A stretch of DNA of 63,840 nt, the filler included, from Choristocarpus tenellus KU-1152 (lineage: Eukaryota; Protista; Phaeophyceae): the NCBI GenBank assembly GCA_964200185.2. It is 10 parts of 10 records of this genome, joined end to end, with 100 filler letters (N's around TTAATTAATTAA, not from the genome) between each part and the next. Parts side by side here need not be neighbours in the genome. Positions count along the whole stretch, not along the records: positions 25,570 to 39,291 come from CAXNAD020001395.1; positions 39,392 to 43,224 come from CAXNAD020017671.1; 8 more parts are not named here. One strand, written 5' to 3'. The position numbers were made by a program, and so were the translations under genes. The notes beneath the pieces were generated by a model. That model saw only the letters and a program-made list of their open reading frames with translations, did not search any database and was not told where the DNA came from. Positions 25,735-39,430 of this stretch are shown here, one piece after another. The number at the start of each line of letters is the position of its first letter. Positions within the stretch are counted from its first letter, which is position 1.

Positions 25735-26148
25735 AGGTTGTTGCTGGGGCAATAAGGTGGCCAGGATTAGGTCACAGGTTAGGGTTATGCCTACAGATTC
25801 TAGTTTGAGACTACGGTTAGGATTTTAAGGTGATAGGAAGGCTACAAGAGAGTTATATGGGTAGAAGGGTGGTTACTCAGACAGTATGATGTTTATGTAT
25901 ATGCACTTTCTTCTTAATCACTCTTCTCTCGTTGGTTGCTGTACCATGTGTTCTAAACGTAAATGTTGGATGAGGATCTGAGTTCCAATCATACCCCCAA
26001 CCATGCTTAGCAATTGTTGAAACAGAGTAAATGGGAGGTCTCTCCTCAGAATTAGACTCCCCCTATAATATTCTCACTGCCTTGTCACCGTCAACACACC
26101 ATACAAGTCCCCGCTCATTTGCTTAATGCCACTGTTCAACGACTGTAG

Positions 26149-29100
26149 GCTGCAACAGATCTTCTTTCAGCAGTGGGAGATCAAATCTCCCTCGAGTTGC
26201 ACCGTGCTCACCCAATGCAAATGCTTGTGGCAGAGGCAGCAGATGTCCTAGCCGAGGGGATCTCCTGTGGGGACAGGGATACTGTGGACAAATTGGCAGT
26301 AAGTTGGAGGGATCAAAAGTGGGAGAGGGCTAGGGATGAGGGTTATTAGGACAGAGTTGGTGGCTTAGAGGGTTGATTTAGTCATGAGAATGAAATTTAG
26401 ATTAAGTCAGGCGAAGGGGTGGAGAGAGGGATGCTGAAAGCAGAAGTAGTCAACAGCAGTAGTGTTAGGGAGGTGTACTTGGCTATGTGATGGTAATGCG
26501 AAGGGTAGGAGGACAGATGCTGAGGTGATACCTTTTGGGGGCTAATCCTTGCATACTTTGGCTTTTTTACCTTTATGAAGCAATACGGCAAAGTGTTTAA
26601 GTCCATCCCTTGGTCTTCATATTTCGTTCACTCAGTATTCATACACCACATTCCCCTCTCTCCTCCAGGGGTTTGGGCTAGGCCTCCGTCTCGGCCTTGC
26701 TGTTGAAGCGGGTGCAGCACTTGTGCGAGAGAGCAGAAGATTGGGTGTCGAGTCAGTCCACCTATGTTGCGCATATCCTGCTGGGCGCCATGCCCGTGTG
26801 AAATTGCTAGACCGAGTGTTGTGGCTGGGACATGCTGGTCTGCAGGAACAAGTGAAGCTCAAGCGCCGAAATTACAATCCTATTACAGCCCCGATCTTTT
26901 CTCCAGTTTAAAGTATCCTGAAATGTTGTAGAGGGGAAGGAAGTAAAGCTGGAGAAGGTGTGTTTTGGGGCCGATTAAGGAATAACTGAGACAGTTAACA
27001 AGGGAATTAGTGTGCTTTTATTTCTGGCGTTTACTGCACCATGTGCATGTAAGGAAACAGAGAGAGGTCGTAATATTGGAGTACTCTGCTACAAGTAAAT
27101 TATGCATTCCTCCTCAGCTAGCGATCAATTCCAACACCCATCCTTACCCTGTGCACCCCAAAACTAAACTCTCAGATCGTGATATCAGGGTTGTTGAATT
27201 TTATTTTGGGCGACATGCTGCCCGATGTATTGGCCACGGATGTTGTGAATGCACACATCCCTGGCGTGTTTGTTCGTTACAATGGAACACCCCTTGTGCG
27301 GAATGAGGCACTGGCCCTGCTTGAAAGATTGGCAGCAAGACGAAGAAAATGCCCTGGGGTGGTTGCAGAGGTGCGCTGCATTCAGATTATTGCCGAGACT
27401 AAATAAGGCTACTCTGGAGCTTGTTGTAGTACACACTGCTTGCTGCATCGAGTCAAGAGTTGTGACAACGGACACACCACCCCCCACCTCTCCTTGTTTG
27501 TAATAGCCATTCCCGTATACCCAGCCATGCAGTGATGTTCCCATCCTCGCCACTTTACTACCCACTCCCTCCTCCCCTCTCCTTCCTACCCTCATTTTTC
27601 ACCAGCCTTCCCATCTCCTCATCTGCCCACCCCACGCCACCAACCCCTGTGTCCCTTTCTTCTTGTCGCTCTCTCTGCTTATCCTTACCTGCATCAAATC
27701 CTCCACCCCCTCGACCTCAGAACATTGCCTATCCAATCCACCACCAGTCCCTATTTCCTCCATCCCTTCTACCAAACTCCTGTACCCACCCCCTGCCCCT
27801 TCCCAGTCAAAACTATCTCTTGCCATTGCGTCATGAACACGACTTAACCACTTTGTACTCCGCAAATCCGACATCTCACTTTATAACCAACCCTCTCAAT
27901 CCTCTACAGTTTCTCTCTTTTTTTGTGTGCTCTGGGAGGTTGGAAAATAGAACTACTTTAAACAAACAAAATAAAGAACACACGAAATCCCTTCCCCTGC
28001 ACACGACCCCTGTCCTGCCACCTCATCTACCTCGTTGCATACTCAAACGAAAGGCTGCCAGGCATGTCATACGCCACCAAGTACCAGCTGCAGAACTCAT
28101 TCGCTTAAGATTGCATCGGCACCGGTATGTGCGTGAGGGTGTGGGAGCCTGCCTTCGAATCTTGGCAAGACTCGGCAACCCTATGGTAAGGAACTGAATA
28201 CTACTTATCGTTTCACTCCACATTTCTCCTCTACATTGCAATCCCCTCACCCTCTGCCTTCACATACCAGACCTCACTTTCCATCACTCACAGACTGAAG
28301 TGAATCTCATTGCGCTGAAGATCAAGATCCCTTAGCAAAAAAAAAAGGTTGTACTGGGCGAAGTGTCCTTAATAGAAATTGTTTTTGCAGGTGGTTGAAG
28401 TATTTTTACTTCTCTGCTGAGACAACACAAGAAAAAGACAGGTCCAGGAAGAAGCAGTTCTCCATCTGATCCCCAGCCCACTGGAAAATAAGAGGGTCTA
28501 ACGTGTCCTATCTTCTCCCCCGCCCCCCCGTATTAAAGATTGAAGCAGATCTCATACGTGCAGGAGTACCTTCAGCTGCAATCACGGCCACCAAGAGGAG
28601 TCACATCGAACAGGCAACCCGGAGGAGGTATCTTGTTGTGTCCTCTCAAGAAATGTGTTTTGGCCTGTAGATTAGAAGATTGGCCTATGTTCAATAAATA
28701 CATTGCTACAACAGCATAGAGTCATGAGGAGAGCACTAGAGCTAAGGAAGTGGGCAATGTTAGTAGAAGGGATCAAGTATGTAGCATTAAAAAATGTGAC
28801 CTACAGTACAATTTTTGGGGGCAGGGTTTCGGCTTATGGGGTTTAAGGTTAGTGGAGAGGTTATGTTACTTCAATTTGTAATACCTTGACATTAATTCGA
28901 GGGGTCTCAGACCCACGGTCTACAGTAGCACAAATAAAGGAGCAAGAAAAAATGTGAAAATGCAGGTTTGGATACTGGAAAAAGTCAGGTAATGGGGCTC
29001 AACTATAGATAAGCCATTTACTTTTGGTAGAAACCGTGACTGAGGGTTCATGTTGCAAATTTACTAAGCGAACGGTCTTCATGCCCCAACAATTTCATTC

Positions 29101-32100
29101 AAAACAACATGCTGTACCTTCTATAAATTGGAAAATGGAGAAAAACGGGGGAGAAAATGGATTAGGATTTTTTTTGGCAACAGATTATGGGCTTGAAGGA
29201 GAAAGTAGGGACTTGTTATGTAGTTAATGCATGACCCAGATATACAACAGACATACAAAGGGGAGGCTTACATTCAGACACTCTATCAGACTTCAAGTTG
29301 ACACCAGAAAAACAATGAGGAAAAACTCAAGACCCATAGAATATGACCAAAAACGGAGCAAAGAATCTAGAGTGCTTCATTTTACAACCCAACAAAAGAA
29401 AGTGGTACAGTCCATTCTTCACATTTTCTCCAACAGCTACACACTAATCTAGACGTTACACCTACCCCCCTTCAGTTCTCCACCTCCACTCAGCGCCTCA
29501 AACACCTTTAGCGCCTAATGCTTCTTTGTGCCCTTGGAACAGGTGGGTACGATGGCTTCGCCGTCAGGTTGAGAAGGACTCCCCCCATCACCGAGACACT
29601 AGCTCTCCCCTTATCAATGGTGTTAAAAACTCGCCACCTCAACACTTGGAAGGAGTTGCCAACAAAAGTCTGGAGGCCTTGATTGCCAGACAGACAGAGA
29701 GTGGATCCACAGGAGCGCCCTCAGCAACAGGTGTAGGAGTCAAGGCAGCAGGTACAGCTGTAATGCCGGTAGAGGTATCAGCTTCAATGGAAGGAATTTC
29801 AGGGGCAAGGAAAGAGCGACATTCAAGTGATGCAGCGAGAGCTGAGGCAGGGCACAAAATCCAGTTGAGAAACGAAGGGCACTGTGGAAATGTCACTGAC
29901 AATGAAGTTAGGGGAGCATCACAGGGTAGTCAACAAGAGCAATTTGGAATAGAAAACAAGACAGAGGTGGCGCTTGCAGTGAAGGTGGGTGGAAGGAGGG
30001 TAAAGGAGTGAGAAGGGTAGGAAATTACAGAGGGATTTTACATGTGTAATGGATTTGATCAACACGATGGGATAAAGTTTGTCTGAGATGATTATGGTCT
30101 GGTTGACAAGCAAATTTGAGAGTAGGGGGACCATAGAGAGGGGGGCCTGTGCAAGGATGGTTAACATCCACAAAGAACTTGTCATTGCATCGCATCAGGA
30201 GAGCCCGGGAAAGGAGGGGGCAGCAGGAGTTTGCTTTATGTTGAGTAGGATAGAGAAGATAGGCACAAGCAAGGTATTCTATCCCACTCTTCGGAAACTA
30301 AGAACTTGATCACTTACCTCCCTGGTCGAGATTACACGACCTCCTGCCTCAAGTAAAAATTCCCTATCCTCCAACTCTAGAACCATTCCCCTCACACACA
30401 AACACACAAATATATGACTCCACCCACTCCTCCTCGACCAACTAATGCACCATATAATCACTTGGGAGCCCAGCTCGCTCACCATCGCGTCAATCCCACC
30501 GTAAAACATTCCAACCTTTCCTATCACAACAATGTAACCAAATAGCGACTGATATCACATTGAACTTCATCCTATTTTCTACTCCTAGATTTTTTACTCC
30601 AAGATATTGCAAATTTCTATCCTTCCTCTACCACACATAGCCCTGCCCCAGACCACTCTAACTATCAATCTGTAACTTGCTCCTGGTACAAAGGGGGAGC
30701 TCTCAGCACTGTCCCTTAGCAGTCTTGAGTCCCAGCTCGCAGCTGAGCTAGGGTTGTTGGAAGCGGAGGTTAATACCCTCGCAGCAGAAGGGGGTCCACC
30801 TGTTGTAGCCAAGATCTTGCTCAAGGAGGCAACCGCTGGGAAATTATGGACTCGGTGCCTTGCAGGAGTACTCCATATCCCTGGGCTCCTCTACCTTGAG
30901 GTGGTGTGAATTGCAGTGGGATTGGAAGAGACATTCCTCACAAATTCACTAAGTAGGTGATATATCACATCAGTCTCATCTTAGTTCAGTAGTGTCGTTA
31001 CTTTAAATAGAGAATGTGAAAGACGTTAAGCACTATTGATATCAATATGTATATATTCGGGTGATACAGGGAAGGATGATATCACAATATGTATTTGGTA
31101 TGTATGCCAAAAAGAAAATGGTCAACAGGTGGAAAATACGTCATTAGATTGGTGAACAATACACAGCCGTGAGTCTATGAAGGAAGGGTAGCTCTTGATC
31201 TCCAGGTCTCTCAGAGCCACTAATGGTGGCTAGGGAGCATGTAGATTAATTGGGTAGTGGAAGAACGAACCACAATGTTCACCAGACATGTGCAATCCTT
31301 TTTCCTTTTTTTTCCTGCATTAATAGGTTCTTCCTCACTATCTAGCTTTCTTTTTGTGCTTACCTTTCTGAACACAGGTTCGTTTAGATCACACCATAGC
31401 AACAAAAAAGATCGTCTACTGCATACTTTGAAGTAGCAAGCTAGCTCTTTATGAGTACTGTACTAATAGAGCTCAGTGAATTTAGTGTACAAGCAAGGGA
31501 CAGGATGTAATCATGAGCAAGTCACCTCGACATTCCATATCCAATGACTTGTGCCTATATCAATTCTACACTTCAAATATCTTTGACTTCTGAGTCTATA
31601 TGCTCAAGACGAGCAATGTCTTGATCATTATTGGCAACCAGTCCTTGCCTTAATCCACCAATTGCCCAGGTCCAGGACAAGGGCAAGCTAACCTGGAATG
31701 GAGAGGAGGCTGCCCCAGATGCCGATACACTCGTCAGTCACCCTCAACAAGATGAAAAGGACAGTATCATCACTTATCCTGATAAGGACACCATTGTTGC
31801 CCCTCCAATAGATGGACACAAAGAAAATTTGGTCCATGGCCTTCTGTCCGTCACTACCTCTGCCTCGATCTCTACCAGACCCGTGGACCTGCCTACAGCC
31901 CCAGTTCAACCCCTTGCACATTCCCTGCCCAAAGCACCAGGCTCAGATGATTCCTCTCATCCCGCAGCAAAGTTATCATGGTTGGGGAACAGGAGCCTGA
32001 GTGGTGTAGACTCACACTGGGAAGATCACAGTCTCAATCAAGGGAAGAGGGCATCAATAGTTCCAAAGACATCAGCGAGTACTAATGAGGAGGACAGAGG

Positions 32101-35100
32101 CAGTAGAAAGAGCAGTCAACAAGTACCAGAAGGGGGAGATCGAGGACACCTTTCCTACTCCAGGGGAAGGGGCAACAGAGGAAACAGGGGAAGAGAGGTT
32201 TCGAGGGAACAGATTGCAATGGCACTAGATAGGATGGGTGCAGGTTTGGTGGAAGTGAGGCGTGCATTTCGAAGATCACAGGAAGACTCCATTCTACACG
32301 ATCAATCAAGATTCAATACACCACCACATGATAAAGAAGGACATAGCCCCAGAAGGAACAGGGAGGAGGCAAGGGGGAGGGGGGGGGAGAGGAAGCCCAG
32401 CTCAGTTGCAAGGGATCACAAGAGCCAGGGGGATGCTGTCATTGCAGCAGCACGATATGCAATGCTGGAGCTGCGCCTTCCCCACGACAAAGTAGATGCT
32501 ACCCTGAGGTGGTTCAAAGGAAGTCAGACATGGACAGGGCTAGGGGAAGGAGGGAGAACAGGAACTGAAGTGGTGACGATTCCATTCTCCAAATTTGTGG
32601 GTATATATGCCCATGCAGCAGGTCTTTTAGAAGAAGGGACAGGTCACCAAGGTGAAGTCTGGGTTGAGGGACCTGCCGGGGTCTGGGTTGCTGTGCACCC
32701 CCAACGTGTGGCAAAGCTTCGTGAGGAGTTTGAGAAGGCTGTAGAGATGGAGAAAGATTTCAATCCAGGTGTGAGAAAACGTGTTTGTTAAGAATGTCTT
32801 GTGTGGCACAACCTATAGTTCACCTGAAAGGGAGAGAAAAGATTGGATCGTGTGCACTGCTGATTTCATTGTTCGAAGTAGTCAGCATAGCATTGTTTCT
32901 TCGCAGTAGGTCTTGCACTGAGGGTGCTAAAGGTCTAATACAATACTGAAGGTGTATCTCACACAAGAATTCCTCTTTCAGAGCTACATCCAGCCCTATC
33001 TGCACAAACTGCCCACAAAATGAAACTAACTGCAGCCTTCCATCTATATTGATTCTTTATGTAGGCCAAAAGACACAACTGGATGGATAAAGGGTTCAGG
33101 CCACATCAAATGGTTGCTGTATGAATAGATCATCAATAATGTGTATGGATGAGTGCGAGAAAAGCTCTGTCAAAAAATTGGAATACACCATATTTGTGCT
33201 ACATGACCATTTCTACTTTACTTGCACCCAATAATATCAATGCTGTGCCTCCACCTCGGTCTTCCCCTCTTCTCCTTGTTGACCATCGCCTCCCCTCCTT
33301 TCAGAAGAATTGGATATCAACATGAGTCTGAGCGTGAGTGGGTCTCATCATGCCCTGGAGCATCTCTACCCAACCCTGAAAGAGTCAGGGCGGATAGGTG
33401 AATGCCTCAGGAGTCGTACCTCCGTCATTCGAAGTCTGATGGGCGGACGAGTAACATTTCAGGTATCTCTTGTGGAATGGAGGAATAAGAAGGACGGAGA
33501 TATAGAAGAGAGAGACGGATTAGAAACCTTTTGCTGGCTTGAACCTCATGTGCTCGATTGTTTCTTGGATTGTATGTGAAGTGATGTTGCGCCCTTCAAA
33601 GTCACTATCTTGACCCAATCGCAATATGTCCACAGCAGTGTAATTGTCGCGTAGTTGTATACTTTGAAATAGTGCCTTCAGAAGTAGTATGTGTTCACTG
33701 AGTGGCCTCGTGATCGTGTTGCAATGCTTGCAACAAATCCCCAAGCGACTGGTGACATACTCTCAATTTTGTGGAATTTTCTTTTAGATAACAAAAAATT
33801 GTTCTTCAAGAAAGGAATCCTCTCTTGTACAGATTCACATGACATAGAGTATGAAAATGACATTCATGATTGTTAGTATATGTGACTTGTGACCGTTTTT
33901 GCCACCATTCATACAACAAGCATATGACAGGCAAACAACTACAGTGTTACAAATTGCATTTGTCCAATAAACCAACATGTTTGAGAAACCAACATTTGTT
34001 TACTCCAGTCTGACTTGCTTATTACTCTGAGGGAGGGCACTTACTAAATTAACTCCCTTTGTTTTTGGCTGAGAAGTCTTAATACTGTATTGTATAGCGT
34101 GGCAAAACCCTTTTGAAGTCTAGTCAAACAACTTTAAGGGATTTTTTACAAGCATAAAGAAGTCTATCTCTTCATGTGAAATGTGTCCGTGGAGGCTACA
34201 ACATGCCAAATCGTTCGCGAATTGTAGCTAACTATAGTATGGTATTTGGAGTGTAGTCTTCCAAACCAACAGGTACAGCTTCAGGGACTTCTAGAATAAT
34301 ATCTAGAAGCAGTATTGGAGAAGATTGTACTTAACCAAAGACTTTATCTGAAACCGTTCTCTCTCCCACAAGAATTGTGTAATTCGCAGTTCTGTACTTT
34401 CATCTGAGTGAAAGTATCTAAGAGGGTACGAGTTTTTCCCTGTTTGTCCATTTGGGGCTTGGCTTCTCATGGGTTTTTTGTTACATATTCCTACTCAATA
34501 ATGTTTTGGAATAGGTAAAATGTCTACGTTATGAAAAGGTCTATCCGGAACAAGGATACTGACACTTCCTAACAAACACGATAGCCAAATTACATCAAAA
34601 TCGCAACGTTGGATTTTGGCCCCCAAATGGACGCGGCCTTGCCCTCTAAGATACTTTGGCTCATCTTTTTTGAGACTATGATATCACTTTCACTTTTCTT
34701 GCTGAAACCTCCACCAACCTCTATATTTAACCATCCATCTATGCTATCCCTAAGGCAAATCTCCACCCTGACCTCCCTTTTTGCCATGCATCCACCATCC
34801 TTCACTCAACTAGTCAATATGACCCACGTGCTCCCACCATCCTACTGACTTGCATACAAACGGACCAACACCCAATCATCACATCATGATCAGGAGTTCA
34901 TACGCACTACCATACACATGGATACTGATAGCGATGGATTGATCGATATCCACACCAGAGCAACAATTTCCTCGGAATCTCCAAGTCATCCTAGTAATAG
35001 TAAGAACAGAAAGGAGAATGAGTGGTCAGCGGGTGCAGAAAAGGAAACCAGGCAAAAGAAGACCTCATTTGAAGGAACTCCAGGACAGAGGTTGGGGGGA

Positions 35101-36604
35101 TCAGGGACCAGATTAGGGTATCAAGGGGATTCACTGACAGGGACAAAAGTCAGAACTAGTGATGATTGTCAAGAACAACTGGCGAGAGGGATTTCTGCAT
35201 CAGGGTTTGAGGAGGGGGATTGCAGAAACTCTAAGAGTGGATTAGAGGGTATGTGGAAGAATAAAAATAGAGATAGCCGCCACAGGTTCAAGGCTGATAT
35301 CGATGTATCAGAAGCAGCAAACGTAGGGAATATTGCGTATGCTGAGGTACCATTCTGGGAAAGGAGTCAAAGAAGGGACTTTGAGAGTGAGGATGTTGTG
35401 TCAAAAGCATTCGAAAGATATGAACAGGGCAAGGATCAGACCACCCATACCAGAAGCACCAACATGTCATCATCTCCTTCTTGGGGGCAGGGGACGGTAC
35501 ATAGTCCACTGGCACAGTCAATTGAGCCTCAAATCTCCATGACACGAACAGGAGAATCTTCTCTAATGGCACTTGACAGGCCAGCGTTTGACCATAAGAG
35601 ACTGGGAGAGGCAGAGGGGACAGCCATCAGGCACATCAATAAGCAAAAATGGAACCAATGGGGTCAGCGTCAGCCTAACATCCATGAGTACAATCAGTGG
35701 TCCAGGGCCAGGAGTGGTGGCAGTGATGATAGAAGTGAGCAAGAATCAATTGAGGAAGAAGAGAGGCCAGCACTCACAGAAGTGGAAGAGAAGGCACTGC
35801 GTAGGGCATTTGATATGTATGATCTCAATGGAGACGGCCTCATCACTCATCTTGAGGTACGTGCTAATACTCCTAAATACTCCAACAGTAGAGCTCTAGT
35901 AAATTAAAGTTGCTCAGTAGAGTACGTGTGTACCATTGAGCAAAAAGAAAACTGACCATACATTATGCTCTCAACAGTCAACTGCATACACCATTAGCGC
36001 TGTACCACATACGTCAATGCATGAATCACATCACACAAGCCATCAACATGGTATGGCAAGTAGATATTGGAAACACTATTCTGTTGAGATTAAGGCACAG
36101 ATAGAGTGGCCTCATCACCATCTGAACCCCCTCTTTTTTCTGAGGTCATTCTATACAAATATATAGTATCATAGAGATAGCAATACTCCAAATGTACTGC
36201 TAATCCCAGATATGAACATGTAGGAAAAGGAAGCAATCCAAGTCAAGTTCTACGAATTTCCTCTTTTTTTCATGGTGCGGTTGTGTGACTGTCAAATGTG
36301 TGCAAGGCTTGAGGCAGTAATAGATTAAAGAATATGTTACTGCCCCCAAGCATAATATATAAGTTTTTCTTGCAAAAAAGGGCCTTGGCGCCCGACCCTA
36401 TTTCACTTCCTCAAACACTGTGCTCTATTCTCCTTGCCCACATTGTTGGACACGTCCCTTCTTCAGCTCAAGACCATGTTCCACCAACATGGAAGAGAAG
36501 CTTCAGATTTGGAGATACAGTCTTGGATAAGGCAAAGAGACACAACGGGAACAGGCACAGTTGACTTTAGAGATTTCAAAAAGGGTTGGAGATCCTCCAA
36601 CTAA
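26149..36604 (+). CDS. Large uncharacterised protein: helical/ARM-like N-terminal region, long disordered inserts, C-terminal EF-hand pair
   Basis: Phase-consistent GT-AG exons: 26149-26298, 26669-26851, 27176-27370, 28054-28185, 28539-28627, 29543-29984, 30694-30900, 31670-32768, 33305-33462, 34894-35856, 36467-36604 (TAA). C-terminus: LRRAFDMYDLNGDGLITHLE|LKTMFHQHGREASDLEIQSWIRQRDTTGTGTVDFRDFKK. Confidence 0.8.
34406..34662. mobile_element. MITE family A, copy 5 (intronic)
   Basis: Full TIRs, flanked by an atct/atct 4-bp duplication. Confidence 0.9.
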
Positions 36605-37959
36605 TTGCGCAAGCATGTTGATAAGGCAGAGGTAGAGGGGGGTGGTGCATTGTCAAGTGATACGTTGGATTCACAACATGGTGCACATACCAGACAAGGT
36701 AAATTTCTGTTTCCTTGTTGTGTGTGGCATGAATTGAGGTATATATGTACATACTTTGAAGCACTCTGTTGTGTTAATTCTTCTTTTTCTTAGGTTGTAA
36801 GTATTGATAGGTGAAGTATTACTTCGTATTGAATCAATGTTATTCTAGCTGTAGACTTGATGTTACTATTATGGTGCTATTGAATAGTGAGTTACTCATG
36901 GTTACATTGGGACATTGATGGATAACAGCCTCAAGTCAAGAAAATCCATCTTTTGATTATCGCTACAGACAGCACATGTTCTCTAAGAGGGAGACTATTC
37001 TTGTGTGGTGGACATGACCTAAGATCATCCTCACATCAAGCGGTACTGCAAAGGTATATGCGCAGATTAAAATGCGATGATCACCACATGTTCTTCTCCT
37101 ACTGAAAAAAAGTATATTTCTTCATGACCATGTGGCAAGCACTGCAGATTGTATACCAGCAAATGTTGGAAATACTTCAAAGTATAATTTAATATCCATG
37201 ATATATGATGCTTCCCATTACACTGAAGTAAAAAATATTAACTTATGTCATGTTTCATAGTATTTGAGACGAAAATGTAGATAACCTTCCAGAGCAGTAC
37301 TGATACACTGTATATCCTGTCTGTCGCTATACAACAAACAATTCAAGTAGACTGAAATATGGTACGGTAACGCTTTATATTGGATTGGTGCCATCAAGCG
37401 AGTAGCATAAAGATTCAGGGGAGGAGGTTGAGTTGCAAACAGTGCAAATGCTGAAGAGTCCGATGCGTAATAAGCAGCAAAGGAAGCACAACAAGTTGTA
37501 GTGCTATTGTTGAACAGTTTATTTGCTGATAAAACGCCAATCGGGACAGGAACTATTTGAGGTTCAACCAGAACAAAACGTGCATTGTTTTGATATTGAA
37601 TTTGCTTGCTGTGGTCCAGGATAGTAATGCATGCTCTAAGTGGAGGCTTGCGGATGTATTAGTTCTGAATATAGCCCATCCAGTTGTGAGTCGAGTTGCA
37701 CTTATTGCAGAGTGAAATGGAAGTGAGAAGAGGGGGCAACAACTTGCAATAAATAACTATAATACGAGACACCACGGTTTGATCTATGAAAATTGTAGAA
37801 GAGACTCAAGTCCAATTCTTAATCAACTAATGTGTGCCACGTACTGACTGAGTTTGTATGTTGAAGAGCATCTACCAAATGTCTTAGACTCCTATATACC
37901 ATGGAAAGCAAACGTGAGCTATGATCATATAATAAATACTTGTGGGTGAATACTAACTA

Positions 37960-38212
37960 TTACCCTGACACACCAGGAAAATGTGAGAGGGCAAAATAAT
38001 ATAATGGTCGACACTACATGGTTCTGGAATGCATCTAGAAATGTTATTAGTATGCTCTCGGACATTTTGCAGATGTGTCAGGGAAAAAGTCAAAGTCGAC
38101 ATCACATCACGACAACTGTTACTTTAAAAAGGTTTCTTACTATATTGGACTGACTTTTCATTGGTTTTCCCTCAACCCATCTGCAAAATGTCAGATGGCA
38201 TAATATTATGTA
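37960..38212. repeat. Three ~45-bp motif copies in alternating orientation
   Basis: ccctgacaca(tc)tgcaaaatgtcagagggcataata-like motif at about 37963 (+), 38045-38085 (-) and 38168 (+); a fourth copy lies at about 46445 inside MITE A copy 7. Confidence 0.6.
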
Positions 38213-39391
38213 TCACAAGGACTGATATAGTAACAATCATAAATGTGAAAGATAAATGTGGAAGATAAATGTGGAAGATACTTCTCCAAAGACCATTTAC
38301 TATTTGAATATCAGCTATACTACAACACTCCCCCAAAGGACAGTAATTACAACAGTGTGTGTATGCCACTGCTATGTCTCTAACCTAGATAACCCTACAC
38401 AAGTGGGCGAGGATCTAGGGAAGCATCCTAAGGACCTGAGGTGTGCGGGTGGGGTTGGTTGTTGGACAGTGCTAAGTGGGGATGTGGGTTGCGCGGTGTA
38501 AGGGCTCACATTGGGGGTTGGGCTGCGCTGCACACGTACAGCTAGCTTATTGGGGGCATGGTTGTTTGTGGTTGCAGCGTGGATGTGTAGTTATCGACGT
38601 GGCTGCACGAGTCGCAGGCAGCAACAGTTTTTTTTCCCAGAAGAAGGTCGAGAAGTGGAGGGAGGTTGTTCGTGGATAGTGCGACCGATACACTATAAAC
38701 ACCACCAGTGGAGTAGAATAGGAAAGGTAGAGCAGATTCGTGTTTCCATATATTTCCAGTTGAGCTCTAACCTGCGTTTATGTGTTGTAGGGACCTGATA
38801 TTAGATTATCCGTTCATATACATATATGGTACATGTGATCCAGTGATAGCATTCTTTTCTGGTTTATCCATGTGGGCATTGGAAATCCCACATGGTAATC
38901 TACACCGGTCTCACCCCATAAGCTCAGTCAATGGATCTGAGGCCACAAGCCCTTTGTAACACCAACATATATATCCTCACTAAGCTACTTATTGCCCTCT
39001 ACCAAGGCACACGATTGATAATCTTAACCGGGGGCCCAGTGCATAATACTTCAACAGAGGTAACATGGTTGTGGCTTGAGGCGGTTGCGTCATAGTTTGT
39101 GTTGGTTTTGCTCTTGGTGGTGGGTTTTCCCCTCTCCCTCTCCCTCTCCCTCTCCCTTGTTCTTTCACTGCCAGTGTGGCGAGGGAGGCGCGGGAGGGGG
39201 GGGGGCTATTGAGGGGCTTTGCGAAGGGAAAAGGACGGTTGGCAATCTGGTTGATTCTGCCAGTAGTTATACGCTTATCTCAAAGATTAAGNNNNNNNNN
39301 NNNNNNNNNNNNNNNNNNNNNNNNNNNNNNNNNNNTTAATTAATTAANNNNNNNNNNNNNNNNNNNNNNNNNNNNNNNNNNNNNNNNNNNN

Positions 39392-39430
39392 CAAATGGAC
39401 GCAGCCCTACCCTCTAAGATACTTTGGCTC
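39392..39430. mobile_element. MITE family A, right-end fragment at contig edge
   Basis: caaatggacgcagccctaccctctaagatactttggctc matches the family-A right end. Confidence 0.85.
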
